The notes under the pieces are model-generated. The model was not told where the DNA came from, did not search any database, and was given only the letters and a program-made list of their open reading frames with translations. A stretch of DNA of 64,000 bases from assembly GCA_963765675.1 (NCBI GenBank), contig CAVXXK010000014.1:128001-192000 (forward strand), read 5' to 3'. Numbering within the stretch: the stretch's first letter is position 1; each line of letters begins with the position of its first letter. Positions 9,743 through 19,487 of this stretch are shown piece after piece. The position numbers and the translations under genes were made by a program. Origin of the DNA: an uncultured delta proteobacterium. GTDB taxonomy: Bacteria > Desulfobacterota > Binatia > Binatales > Binataceae.

Positions 9743-12400
9743 ATGGAAACTCAACCCGATATCGATTCCGAGGAAACCACTGAATGGCTGGACGCGCTCG
9801 ACGCCGTCATCGACGCCGAAGGCGTCGACCGAGGCCATTTTCTGCTCGAAAATTTGATCACCAAGGCGCGCGCAAAAGGCGCGTTTCTTCCTTACAACGC
9901 GAACACGCCGTACCTGAACACGATTCCGGTCGAGCTCGAGCCGCGCTCACCCGGTAATCGCGAGATCGAGCGCCGCATCAGATCGATCATCCGCTGGAAC
10001 GCGGTCGCGATGATCTTGCGCGCCAACGCGACCAGCTCGGAGCTCGGCGGCCATATCGCGAGCTTTCAGTCGATCGCGACCTTGTACGACGTCGGCTTCG
10101 GTCATTTCTGGCGCGCGCCCACATCAGAGCGCCCCGGCGATCTGATTTATCTGCAGGGTCATTCCTCGCCCGGAATTTACGCGCGCGCCTTCCTTGAAGG
10201 ACGTCTCACCGAGCACGACCTGCTGAAGTTCCGGCAGGAGTCCGACGGTCACGGCCTCTCGTCTTATCCGCATCCGTGGTTGATGCCGGAGTTCTGGGAA
10301 TTCTCCACCGTGTCGATGGGCCTCGGGCCGCTGATGGCAATCTACCAGGCGCGCTTCATGAAATATCTGCAGGGCCGCGGCCTGGCCGATATCGGCGATC
10401 GGAAGGTGTGGGCCTTTGTCGGCGACGGCGAGATGGACGAGCCCGAGTCGCTTGGCGCGATCTCGATGGCGTCGCGCGAAAAGCTCGACAATCTGATTTT
10501 CGTAGTCAATTGCAACCTCCAACGCCTCGACGGTCCGGTGCGAGGCAACGGCAAGATCATCCAGGAGCTCGAGGCCAACTTCCGCGGCTCCGGATGGAAC
10601 GTGCTCAAGGTTATCTGGGGCAGCAACTGGGACGCGCTTCTGGCTCGCGACAAGAAAGGGCTCTTGCGCAAGCGGATGGAAGAATGTGTTGACGGCGAGT
10701 ACCAGGCATTCAAGGCCAACGATGGCGCATATGTGCGCCGGGAATTCTTCGGAAAATATCCGGAGTTACTCGAGATGGTCTCAGGCATGACCGACGACGA
10801 AATCTGGCAGCTACGCCGCGGCGGCCACGACCCGGTCAAGATCTACGCCGCCTACGCGGCGGCGGTCGCGCATCAGGGGCAGCCGACCGTGATCCTGGCC
10901 AAGACCGTCAAGGGCTACGGGATGGGCGCCTCGGGCGAGGGCATGAATATCGCCCATCAGGCCAAGCACATGACTCTGCCGGCGCTGAAGAAATTTCGCG
11001 ACCGCTACAAGATTCCAGTGCCGGACGAGCAGATCGCCGAGGTCCCATTTTATCGTCCCGCCGAGGACAGCGAGGAAATCCAGTATCTGAAGCAACATCG
11101 CGAAGCGCTGGGCGGCACGATTCCTCAGCGGCGCACCAAATCGATCGCGCTCGAAATTCCTCCGCTTGAAACTTTCGAGACCCAGCTAAAGAGCACCGAG
11201 GATCGTGAAATCTCGACCACGATGGCCTTCGTGCGGATTCTCGCGACGCTGCTTCGCGACAAGAATATCGGCAAACGAATCGTGCCGATCGTCCCCGACG
11301 AATCGCGCACCTTCGGAATGGAGGGGATGTTCCGGCAGCTCGGGATTTTCTCGCAGGTCGGGCAGCTCTACAAACCCGTGGACGCCGCCCAGTTGATGTT
11401 CTATCGCGAGCACAAGCAGGGCCAGATTCTGCAGGAGGGAATCAACGAGGCCGGAGCGATGTGCTCATGGATCGCGGCGGCCACCTCTTACAGCACCAAC
11501 AACCTGCCGATGATTCCGTTCTATATCTTCTACTCGATGTTCGGCTTCCAGCGCGTCGGCGACCTCGCATGGGCTGCCGCTGACATGCGATGCCGGGGCT
11601 TTTTGCTGGGAGGCACCTCCGGCCGCACCACCCTGAACGGCGAGGGTCTGCAGCACGCCGACGGGCATAGCCACGTACTGGCCTCGGCCATTCCAAACTG
11701 CGTGGCCTACGACCCGACCTTTTCCTACGAACTCGCCGTGATCCTGCAGGACGGACTGCGCCGCATGCTGCACGAACAGGAAGACGTCTTTTACTACATC
11801 ACGCTGATGAACGAGAACTACGTGCATCCCGCGATGCCCGAAGGCGCCCGCGACGGAATCCTTAAAGGGATGTATTTGCTGCGCGAGGGCGGTAATGGCA
11901 AAGCGCCGCGGGTCCAGCTCATGGGCTCGGGAACGATCCTGCGCGAAGTGATCGCGGGCGCCGACCTGCTGCGCGACGACTTCGGTGTCGCCGCCGACGT
12001 GTGGAGCGTCCCGAGTTTCACCGAGCTGCGGCGCCAAGGGCTGGCGGTCGAGCGCTGGAATCTGCTGCATCCCACCAGCACGCAGCGGAAAAGCTACGTC
12101 GAGACTTGCCTCGCCGAGCGGCAGGGGCCGGTGGTCGCCGCGAGCGACTATATCAGGACCTTTGCCGACGAGATTCGCCCGTTCGTCGGACGGCGCTACC
12201 GCGTGCTCGGGACCGACGGCTTCGGCCGCAGCGACTATCGCAAGCAGTTGCGCAGATTCTTCGAGGTCGATCGCCACTACGTCGCGCTCGCCGCGCTCAA
12301 GAGCCTCGCCGACGAAGAGCAGATTCCCGCCGCGCGGGTCGCCGAGGCGATCAAGAAATACGAGATCGATCCCGAGAAGCCCAACCCGGTGACGGTGTAG
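9743..12400 (+). CDS. aceE: pyruvate dehydrogenase E1, homodimeric type
   Basis: GGHIASFQS, GDGEMDEPES, NCNLQRLDGPVRGNGK, GRTTLNGEGLQH and LGTDGFGRSD. Confidence 0.97.
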   Translation: METQPDIDSEETTEWLDALDAVIDAEGVDRGHFLLENLITKARAKGAFLPYNANTPYLNTIPVELEPRSPGNREIERRIRSIIRWNAVAMILRANATSSELGGHIASFQSIATLYDVGFGHFWRAPTSERPGDLIYLQGHSSPGIYARAFLEGRLTEHDLLKFRQESDGHGLSSYPHPWLMPEFWEFSTVSMGLGPLMAIYQARFMKYLQGRGLADIGDRKVWAFVGDGEMDEPESLGAISMASREKLDNLIFVVNCNLQRLDGPVRGNGKIIQELEANFRGSGWNVLKVIWGSNWDALLARDKKGLLRKRMEECVDGEYQAFKANDGAYVRREFFGKYPELLEMVSGMTDDEIWQLRRGGHDPVKIYAAYAAAVAHQGQPTVILAKTVKGYGMGASGEGMNIAHQAKHMTLPALKKFRDRYKIPVPDEQIAEVPFYRPAEDSEEIQYLKQHREALGGTIPQRRTKSIALEIPPLETFETQLKSTEDREISTTMAFVRILATLLRDKNIGKRIVPIVPDESRTFGMEGMFRQLGIFSQVGQLYKPVDAAQLMFYREHKQGQILQEGINEAGAMCSWIAAATSYSTNNLPMIPFYIFYSMFGFQRVGDLAWAAADMRCRGFLLGGTSGRTTLNGEGLQHADGHSHVLASAIPNCVAYDPTFSYELAVILQDGLRRMLHEQEDVFYYITLMNENYVHPAMPEGARDGILKGMYLLREGGNGKAPRVQLMGSGTILREVIAGADLLRDDFGVAADVWSVPSFTELRRQGLAVERWNLLHPTSTQRKSYVETCLAERQGPVVAASDYIRTFADEIRPFVGRRYRVLGTDGFGRSDYRKQLRRFFEVDRHYVALAALKSLADEEQIPAARVAEAIKKYEIDPEKPNPVTV

Positions 12401-12409
12401 GTCGCGCCG

Positions 12410-13762
12410 ATGGGAACGCTGGTCGATATCAAGCTTCCGGACATCGGCGATTTTACCGATGTCGACGTGATCGAGGTGATGGTCAAGCCAGGCGACCGGG
12501 TCCACGCCGAAGATTCCCTCATCACGATCGAATCGGACAAGGCCACGATGGAGGTGCCGTCGCCGCAAGCGGGCGTGGTCAAGGAGATCAAGGTAAAGCT
12601 CGGCGACAAGGTTTCCGAAGGGTCGCCGATCGTGGTGCTCGAAACCGAAGCGCCACCCGCTGACACGGCAGCGCCGCCTGCGCCGAAACCAACTGAGACT
12701 TCTGCGGAGCCGCGCAAAGAGCCCGCGCGCAAACGAGAGAAACCTCCTGCGGCGGAAGCTCCTAAGCCTGCTGCCGCTGCGCCTCCTGAAGCGGTCGAAA
12801 AGGCGTCCGCGGAGAAAGCCGCAGCGCCTCCCGAGCCCACGGAAGCAGCCGAGCATCCAGGCACCAAGCCGCATGCGAGTCCGTCGGTGCGCAAGTTCGC
12901 GCGCCAGCTCGGCGCCGATCTGTCGCTCGTCACCGGCTCGGGGATAAAGGGGCGCATCTTCCGCACCGACGTCGAGAAATTCGTGAAATCCGCGCTGACC
13001 CGCGCGGCGGGAGGCCGAGGCGGCACCGCGCTCGATCTGCTCCCGTGGCCCAAGCTCGACTTCACGCGCTACGGCGCGACCGAGACGCGCCCGCTCTCGC
13101 GCATCCGCCGGGCCGCGAAGGCCAACCTCGCGCGCAACTGGGTGATGATCCCGCACGTCACCCAGTTCGACGAGGCCGACGTAACCGAGCTCGAAGCGCT
13201 GCGCCGCGAGATCAACGAAACTCACGCCAAGGACGGAGTGCGCGTGACGATCCTCGCTTTCATCATCAAGGCGATGGTCGCGGCGCTGACCGAGTTTCCG
13301 GAGTTCAACTCCTCGCTCGACGGCGACAATCTGATACTCAAGAAATATTTCAATATCGCGTTCGCCGCCGACACTCCCGAGGGTCTGGTTGTTCCCGTCC
13401 TGCGCGACGCGGATAAAAAGGGCGTAGTGCAAATCGCCCGCGAAACCGCGGAGCTCGCCGCCGCCGCGCGCGCAGGAAAGCTCAGGCCGATGGACATACA
13501 GGGCGGATGCATCACGATATCGAGCCTCGGCGGGATCGGCGGGACCGCGTTCACGCCGATCATCAACGCGCCCGAAGTCGCGATCCTCGGCGTGTCGAAG
13601 CAGGTGATGAAGCCCGTCCATCGCGACGGCGAATTTGTCGCGCGCCTGATGCTGCCGCTGTCGCTGTCCTACGACCATCGCGTAATCGACGGCGCGATGG
13701 CGGCGCGGTTCATCACGTATCTCGGCTCGGTGCTCGCCGACATGCGCCGCGCGCTGCTGTAA
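12410..13762 (+). CDS. aceF: pyruvate dehydrogenase E2 dihydrolipoamide acetyltransferase with one lipoyl domain
   Basis: ESDKATMEVPS lipoyl-Lys motif, Ala/Pro linker, HASPSVRK E3-binding domain and DHRVIDG. Confidence 0.96.
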   Translation: MGTLVDIKLPDIGDFTDVDVIEVMVKPGDRVHAEDSLITIESDKATMEVPSPQAGVVKEIKVKLGDKVSEGSPIVVLETEAPPADTAAPPAPKPTETSAEPRKEPARKREKPPAAEAPKPAAAAPPEAVEKASAEKAAAPPEPTEAAEHPGTKPHASPSVRKFARQLGADLSLVTGSGIKGRIFRTDVEKFVKSALTRAAGGRGGTALDLLPWPKLDFTRYGATETRPLSRIRRAAKANLARNWVMIPHVTQFDEADVTELEALRREINETHAKDGVRVTILAFIIKAMVAALTEFPEFNSSLDGDNLILKKYFNIAFAADTPEGLVVPVLRDADKKGVVQIARETAELAAAARAGKLRPMDIQGGCITISSLGGIGGTAFTPIINAPEVAILGVSKQVMKPVHRDGEFVARLMLPLSLSYDHRVIDGAMAARFITYLGSVLADMRRALL

Positions 13763-13791
13763 CTGGGATCGGGCGCGCAGAAATTGCGGAT

Positions 13792-13905
13792 AAAAAAGGG
13801 CCGGGTTACCGTTGGGGACCGTGGGTGGGGAGCCTACGGCAGTAACCCGGCCGTGCTTGGGGACAGGCGCTGTTGGTTCTCGGGGGAGGAGATTTGCAGC
13901 GCTGC
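13792..13905 (-). ncRNA. candidate sigma54-dependent small RNA (~114 nt) with C-rich loops
   Basis: Minus strand: a -24/-12 promoter directly upstream; 5' stem GCGCTG/CAGCGC around CTCCTCCCCC; 3' stem GGCCGGGTTAC/GTAACCCGGCC followed by C and T6. Confidence 0.6.
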
Positions 13906-13915
13906 GATAGTGTAA

Positions 13916-13931
13916 AGCAAGACCAGTGCCG
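13916..13931 (-). promoter_or_regulatory. sigma54 (-24/-12) promoter
   Basis: Minus strand cGGCACtggtcTTGCt matches TGGCAC-N5-TTGC with exact GG-N10-GC spacing. Confidence 0.65.
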
Positions 13932-14230
13932 CGAATAAAAAGTAACGAAATCAAGGATGGTGGCCGAAAAAACTCTTCGCGAATTGCGATTCGCGAAGCT
14001 GCCCATCAGGCGATCACCAACCTTTCCGCCTGATTTCACAGGGTTTTTGCACGATGCGATTGATGCAGTCGATCGGTCCAAAGATTCGCTTTTCGCGCAG
14101 CCGTCTGGCTGCTCAAGAGCAGCGCGATCGCTGCGGGATCACGCGATTCGGAAATTAGAAAAAAGGTACCGCCTCCGATACCCCCCTCGACCAGCGAGAG
14201 GCCACTTCCGCACGACAGCGCGGTGCACGT

Positions 14231-14365
14231 GGCGTGGACTCGGAGCATGGCCGTCCCGGGATTCCTCGCCCAAGGCTCGGAATGACGATCGATGGTTCGT
14301 CTGCGGCTACGATAATGATGCGCCTGGCCCGCATTCGTCATTCCGAGCGCTGCGCGAGGAATCCC
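14231..14365. repeat. REP-like inverted pair (GATTCCTCGC...GCTCGGAATGAC / GTCATTCCGAGC...GCGAGGAATCCC)
   Basis: Arms at 14258-14286 and 14337-14365; 14231-14303 recurs at about 22447-22518. Confidence 0.75.
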
Positions 14366-14539
14366 GACACGTTCATGCACTGACCTTCGCGTGGCGGGCA
14401 TCCACGCAAATAAAAACTGCGCATCGTGCCGCACAGGTTGTGCGAACGATCCGATGAAAGGCCGCCGGCCGATCTGGACCGCTATCATTTCGCGCTGGCC
14501 GTTGAGAGGTTTCGATCCGTGTGTTAATTCCTACCTTCA

Positions 14540-14613
14540 CGGGGCGTGGCGCAGCCTGGTAGCGCACCTGCCTTGGGAGCAGGGGGTCGGCCGTTCAAAT
14601 CGGCTCGCCCCGA
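14540..14613 (+). tRNA. tRNA-Pro(TGG)
   Basis: Anticodon arm cctgc-cttggga-gcagg; GTTCAAATC T-loop; CCA not encoded. Confidence 0.95.
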
Positions 14614-14617
14614 TTTA

Positions 14618-14694
14618 GCGCCAGTAGCTCAGGTGGAAAGAGCAGCGGCCTTCTAAGCCGCGGGTCAGGGGTTCGAATCCCTTCTGGCGCGCCA
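14618..14694 (+). tRNA. tRNA-Arg(TCT)
   Basis: gcggc-cttctaa-gccgc arm; GGTTCGAATCC; ends GCCA. Confidence 0.96.
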
Positions 14695-14747
14695 TGGAAA
14701 TTTGCGGGCTTCGAGCCCGGACCGTGTTTCGATCGGTTCAAAGCAGT

Positions 14748-14824
14748 GGTGGGTGTAGCTCAGTTGGTAGAGCGCTGGATTGTGGCTCCAGTGGTCGAGG
14801 GTTCAAATCCCTTCACTCACCCCA
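14748..14824 (+). tRNA. tRNA-His(GTG)
   Basis: ctgga-ttgtggc-tccag arm; G-1 and C73; ends CCCA. Confidence 0.96.
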
Positions 14825-14854
14825 CATATCCTGCTACGAAAGCATCTCGTCGGT

Positions 14855-14930
<76 letters not shown>

Positions 14931-15087
14931 GTTTTTCGGATCTTTTACCCATCTCCGCTTGCGAGGTTTGGTCCATCCGCGCGCGCTTGCATCTGCGGGC
15001 GGGCTACGCGACGCTTGGCGCGATTTGCCGTCATGCATACCGCCGATACCGACATTACTGCGCAATCCGCTGACGCCGCTGCGATCG

Positions 15088-16296
15088 ATGCAGCGCGGGA
15101 CCTTGCCCAGATTCGATTCGGCGCGGTCGTGGCGGATGGTCGCGGTCGCGTTCGTCGCGATGTTCGTGGTCTACGGAATCGCGTACAGTTTCGGCGCGTT
15201 CTTCAAACCGATGGCGGCGGAGTTCGGCGCCGGACGTAGCAGCACCTCCGCTGTCTTTTCGCTAACGGTCCTGGTGTGGTGCGTGCTCGGATGGCCTGCC
15301 GGCCACTTGAGCGATCGCTTCGGCCCGCGAGTCGTCGTGGGCGCCGGTGCGGTCGTGATGGGCGGCGGACTGGTCCTGACCGCATTCATCGATCGGCTAT
15401 GGATCGGCTACCTAACTTACAGTCTCGGAGTAGGTATCGGAATAGCTACTGCGTATGTCCCGATGGTCGCGGTAGTCGGCGGATGGTTCCTGCGCCGGCG
15501 CAACTCCGCGCTCGGAATCGCGGTTGCGGGAATCGGATGCGGCACCGTCCTGGTCGCGCCCGCCTGCGCCGCGATGATCCAGCGCCTTGGATGGCGCGAT
15601 ACCGACCTTGTACTCGGCGTCGCCGCGACCGTGTTGCTGCTCGGATGCGCGGCTATAGTCGAGCGTCCGCCGGTGCACGTCACGCCGAGCGCGATCGATG
15701 TGCGCGCTGCGATCCGCACGCCCGCGTTCGGGCTGTTGTACCTCAATTCGTTCCTCTCCTCGATGGCGCTGTTCGTGCCGTTCGTCTATCTGCCGGCGTT
15801 CGCGCACGATCACGGCGCAAACGAGATCGCGAGCGCCGCGCTGATTAGTATTATCGGTGGCGCCAGTGTGATCGGCCGGCTCGGCCTCGGCGCAATCGCC
15901 GACCGGACCAGCACGATCCGCCTCTACCAGGCCTGCTATCTGCTGCTCGCGGCGAGCTTCGGATTGTGGCTCTTCGGCAGTTCATACGCGACGCTGGTGG
16001 TGTTCGCGATCGCGATGGGCACCGGTTACGGCGGATTCGTGGCGCTCTCGCCGGCGGTGCTGGCGGAGCTGTTCGGCGTCGCGCGGCTGGGAACCGTGAT
16101 GGGGATTCTTTATACCAGCGGCGGAGTTGGCGCGCTGCTCGGTCCGCCGATTGCCGGAATGATAATTGACTATACGGGCAGCTACCGCGGAGCGATTGCA
16201 TATTCGCTGGTCGGCGCGCTCGCGTCATTCGCGGTCCTTATTCCGTTGTCACGCTATCCTGCCCGCCCGGCTGACATTTCCGGCGCCATCGAGTAG
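15088..16296 (+). CDS. MFS transporter (monocarboxylate/OFA-like)
   Basis: About 12 hydrophobic segments; GHLSDRFGPR and GAIADR motif A; ATG 15088 is the likely start. Confidence 0.9.
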   Translation: MQRGTLPRFDSARSWRMVAVAFVAMFVVYGIAYSFGAFFKPMAAEFGAGRSSTSAVFSLTVLVWCVLGWPAGHLSDRFGPRVVVGAGAVVMGGGLVLTAFIDRLWIGYLTYSLGVGIGIATAYVPMVAVVGGWFLRRRNSALGIAVAGIGCGTVLVAPACAAMIQRLGWRDTDLVLGVAATVLLLGCAAIVERPPVHVTPSAIDVRAAIRTPAFGLLYLNSFLSSMALFVPFVYLPAFAHDHGANEIASAALISIIGGASVIGRLGLGAIADRTSTIRLYQACYLLLAASFGLWLFGSSYATLVVFAIAMGTGYGGFVALSPAVLAELFGVARLGTVMGILYTSGGVGALLGPPIAGMIIDYTGSYRGAIAYSLVGALASFAVLIPLSRYPARPADISGAIE

Positions 16297-16305
16297 AGTC
16301 GCAGC

Positions 16306-17364
16306 GTGGCAAAAGAATCAACCATCGCAATGAGCACAGAAACGGCGCCGATCGATCCGCTTGAATCGACCTACACGGTGCGGCGGCTTACCCCGAGCGA
16401 CGCGAGGGAGATTCCCGCGCTCGCGACGCGGGTCAACGGCCCGTCGTACATTCATGCCGAAGTATATCATCCAGAGCGCTTGCTCGAACTCAACGCCAAA
16501 GGCGAGTTGGTATCAGTGGTGGCGCTCGACAAGGCGAACGAGGTGGTCGGACATTGCGCGCTCGAGCGGCCGCATCTGGCGGTAGTAGCCGAGACCGGGG
16601 AGGCGATGGTCTTGCCCGAGCATCGGCATCACCATTTGCTCGACCGGATGCACGGCTACCTCGAAGGGCTTGCCAGCGCACTCGGCGTGCTGGGCCTTTC
16701 GAGCGACGCGGTGACGCATCACATCTATAGTCAGCGCACCTGCGAGCGGTTCAATTCGCATCCGACCGGGATCGTGCTCGGAGCGTTGCCGCCGAGCGCC
16801 GACAACCTGCAGGGAGTTTACCCGCAGCGACTGAGTTTTCTGGACTATTTCAAATATGTGAGTGCGCCGCCGCCCGCGCAAGCGTTCCTGGCGGAGCATC
16901 ACCTGGGAATCGCGGCGCGAATTTTCGGGCTGCTCGGCCGCAAGATTTCCTTCGGCGAGCATCGAAGCCCTTCGGGCGCCGGTGCGATGGAGACGTTGGT
17001 CGAGGCCGACAAGCAGCGCGCGAAGATCACCGTCACGCAGCCCGGCGCCGACAGCGCCAGGCAGATTCAGGAAGCGCGCGATCGATTTATCAATCACGAT
17101 GGCGCCGAAGAGGTCACAGTCGAGTTGCCGCTGGGAAATTCTGCCGCACCGCCGCTTGCCGCGGAACTCGAGCGCCAGGGGTTCTTCTTCACCGGGCTAC
17201 GGATGCGCGATCCCAGCGAGGGCGACCTGGTGCGTTTTCAATATCTGAAGAGTCCGTTGGATTTCGCGCTGATAAAGCTCGACGGAGCATTCGCGATCGA
17301 GCTTCTGAAATATATCGACGACTCCCGCCGCCGCGTGATCAAGGAACGGATGCCCGCGCGCTAG
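16306..17364 (+). CDS. GNAT-fold protein of unknown function
   Basis: VVGHCAL...AETGEAMVLPEHRHHHL resembles GNAT motif A; a second degenerate GNAT-like half follows. Confidence 0.65.
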   Translation: MAKESTIAMSTETAPIDPLESTYTVRRLTPSDAREIPALATRVNGPSYIHAEVYHPERLLELNAKGELVSVVALDKANEVVGHCALERPHLAVVAETGEAMVLPEHRHHHLLDRMHGYLEGLASALGVLGLSSDAVTHHIYSQRTCERFNSHPTGIVLGALPPSADNLQGVYPQRLSFLDYFKYVSAPPPAQAFLAEHHLGIAARIFGLLGRKISFGEHRSPSGAGAMETLVEADKQRAKITVTQPGADSARQIQEARDRFINHDGAEEVTVELPLGNSAAPPLAAELERQGFFFTGLRMRDPSEGDLVRFQYLKSPLDFALIKLDGAFAIELLKYIDDSRRRVIKERMPAR

Positions 17365-17732
17365 CGGGGCGCGGCATTCGCGCGATGCGTGGTTCGCCAA
17401 GCGACTTTGGGCTTCGGACTTGCGCTGACGAAATGTAGCTCGACGCGTTTGTTCAGTGCCTGAGCGATGCGCCGCAGCATCGCCAGCGAGTGACCCTCGT
17501 AATTGGCATCTTCGAGCCTGCAAATGACCGACGTGGTCGTCCCGATCATTTTCGCCAGCTGTCCCTGCGTGAGTCTCGCGCGCTTTCGGAGCTGGTAGAT
17601 CTTGCGCGCAACCGTGTCGCTGGCCTCCGCCTCGGCCAAACCCGCTATCCGCTGTGGACGCCCTTCATAGTATCGGCGATGAATGATCTCGACCGCGTCA
17701 GTTGTCGGATTAAATTTGTTGGTCTTCTTCAT
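17361..17732 (-). CDS. XRE-family HTH antitoxin
   Basis: LTQGQLAKMIGTTTSVICRLEDANYEGHSLAMLRRIA; directly downstream of the toxin gene. Confidence 0.88.
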   Translation of the reverse strand: MKKTNKFNPTTDAVEIIHRRYYEGRPQRIAGLAEAEASDTVARKIYQLRKRARLTQGQLAKMIGTTTSVICRLEDANYEGHSLAMLRRIAQALNKRVELHFVSASPKPKVAWRTTHRANAAPR

Positions 17733-17756
17733 TTCTTACTCGCGTTCCCTGACTGG

Positions 17757-18125
17757 TTACAGTTCTTCGAACGTGTGTACCTTGGGATCTTGTTCATATC
17801 GTCGCTTGCGCGCCAGCGCCGCATCGATTGCGGCACTTGGAACTCGATCCTCTTTTGTCAAACCATGCGCGAGGATCGCTGCCACTCTGCCGTGAAAGAA
17901 GTAGAGAATTCTATAGTTAACGTGCTGAAGTCCAACCCGCAGTTCATAGATCCCATCGCGGAGCAGGTCGGCTTCCGGCCGACGGAGTTCGTGACCGAGT
18001 TCCGCGAGCCTCTGAATTCTGATCCTGCATTTGTCCTGTGCTCTTGCCGGAAGACGGTCGAACCATTCCAAGACCGGCACCGTGCCGTCTGTCTCGCGAT
18101 AGAATACGAGCTTGGTCTTGGGCAC
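17757..18125 (-). CDS. RelE/ParE-superfamily (Gp49/DUF891-like) toxin of a toxin-first type II TA pair
   Basis: LRRPEADLLRDGIYELRV...YRILYFF...LAHGLTK. Confidence 0.88.
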   Translation of the reverse strand: MPKTKLVFYRETDGTVPVLEWFDRLPARAQDKCRIRIQRLAELGHELRRPEADLLRDGIYELRVGLQHVNYRILYFFHGRVAAILAHGLTKEDRVPSAAIDAALARKRRYEQDPKVHTFEEL

Positions 18126-18184
18126 GCAGGTTTCTTTCTAGCAGATTTCGCAAAAATGCGAAAGGCTATTCAGTCGGTAGATCA

Positions 18185-18811
18185 TCATCGAGCCGAGGCC
18201 CGGGCGGGCTCGCGCCGGACGATTCGGGCGAGGCGAAGTGCTGCTACGCCCAGCGGCATCAGTGCGAGATGGGCCAGCTTGCCGAAAGGGAGCCAGACCA
18301 TCAGCAACTCGACGCTTAGCAGATGAGCGGTCAGCAGGGCACGGTAGGGTGCGGTTAGTGCGGCTCCTCCGACGTGCGGATAGGCGAGCATCCCGGTTCC
18401 TACCGCGGCGAAAACTACAATCCAACTGAAGTAGTCGTCGAAGGCCGAGAATGCGCTCGGCTCGTGTGCGGACATCCGGTAGGCGAGGACTGAGAGCATC
18501 GCGACGATCGTCACGACGCCGGCGAACAGCACGACCGCGATCGGCAAACCGGGCCAACTGATTCCAGTGAGCTCGCGAACCAGCAGGATGTGCGGGGCGA
18601 AGCCGAGTGTCGCCACAATCAACCCGGCGTGCATCGCGTAGCTGTCGAGATGCCAGCGCTCGGCGGGAATGTGAAAACCTTTTCGCACCCAATAGAGATC
18701 GCGCTCGCCGCCGCGAATCAGAAAATTTGCGCCGCGCCAGAAAAATCCGAATACCATGATGACGAGCGCCCAGTGCAGTCCGGGACCGCGCGCGAAATCA
18801 AGCGCGCTCAT
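18185..18811 (-). CDS. NarI/HmcE-like membrane cytochrome b
   Basis: Five TM segments with four His in NarI-like positions (YAMH, FAPH, TAH, PFGKLAH). Confidence 0.8.
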   Translation of the reverse strand: MSALDFARGPGLHWALVIMVFGFFWRGANFLIRGGERDLYWVRKGFHIPAERWHLDSYAMHAGLIVATLGFAPHILLVRELTGISWPGLPIAVVLFAGVVTIVAMLSVLAYRMSAHEPSAFSAFDDYFSWIVVFAAVGTGMLAYPHVGGAALTAPYRALLTAHLLSVELLMVWLPFGKLAHLALMPLGVAALRLARIVRREPARASAR

Positions 18812-19478
18812 TATTGTCTACCTGTTCGTGGTCCGTCCGTTTGCGCCGGCGAAAAATCGCGCCGGTCAGGACTCCGGCAAAGAGTCCCGCCAGCGCCGCG
18901 CCGCCCCATCCGCGCGCGTGATTCCAAGGCGTCACGTACGGCGGCCGAAGCTGCGCAGTCGGGCTCATCCTGGTCATTACGATATGGCAGTCCGAGCATG
19001 CCAGCAGCTCCGCGCCGTGCGTATGCGCGTGCCAGAAAGTGTCCTGATGGCAGTTGAGGCAAGCGCGATTAGCCTCCGCGGCCGATTGTCCGGGACCTTC
19101 GTGAAACTCGATCAGGCCGCCGACTCCGAGTCCTCCGCCGAGCATCGCGTGATTGCTTCCGGGGCCGTGGCATCCTTCGCATCCCTTGCGTTCGAGATCG
19201 TTGCGCGGATGAATCAGGAACGACTGGCCCATCTTCGTCTTTGCAAAATCATTGGCGGTATCCATGTGGCAGGCGTAGCAATAGGCGTCGCCGATATATT
19301 GCGGTTTGGCGAAGTAGCCCAGGTCGGCGTCGGAAGCGGGCGCTGGCACCTCGTCGATTCTGCCCGGAGGCCGCGGCGCGTTGCCTTGCGCGCACAAGGA
19401 GCCCGGCGCGAGACAGACAAGCATCGCGGCGGCAAATAGCGCCGCCGCTATCGCAGAGCAGACTGAACCCTCAGACAT
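18798..19478 (-). CDS. tetraheme c-type cytochrome (MtrA/DmsE-like N-terminal part) with a C-terminal membrane anchor
   Basis: Signal peptide; CYACH, CEGCHGPGSNH, CLNCH and CSDCH; C-terminal hydrophobic helix followed by RRRKR. Confidence 0.8.
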   Translation of the reverse strand: MSEGSVCSAIAAALFAAAMLVCLAPGSLCAQGNAPRPPGRIDEVPAPASDADLGYFAKPQYIGDAYCYACHMDTANDFAKTKMGQSFLIHPRNDLERKGCEGCHGPGSNHAMLGGGLGVGGLIEFHEGPGQSAAEANRACLNCHQDTFWHAHTHGAELLACSDCHIVMTRMSPTAQLRPPYVTPWNHARGWGGAALAGLFAGVLTGAIFRRRKRTDHEQVDNNERA

Positions 19479-19487
19479 CGGCCACAG

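Noticed and set aside
11465-13954. 829-aa minus-strand ORF, and similar long antisense ORFs (25556-27466, 48399-49955, 50734-52437)
   Set aside because: Shadow frames of well-supported opposite-strand genes in GC-rich DNA; no recognisable motifs
13957-14488. ORFs of 150-166 aa upstream of the tRNAs
   Set aside because: They run across REP repeats and lack an RBS or motifs; likely spurious
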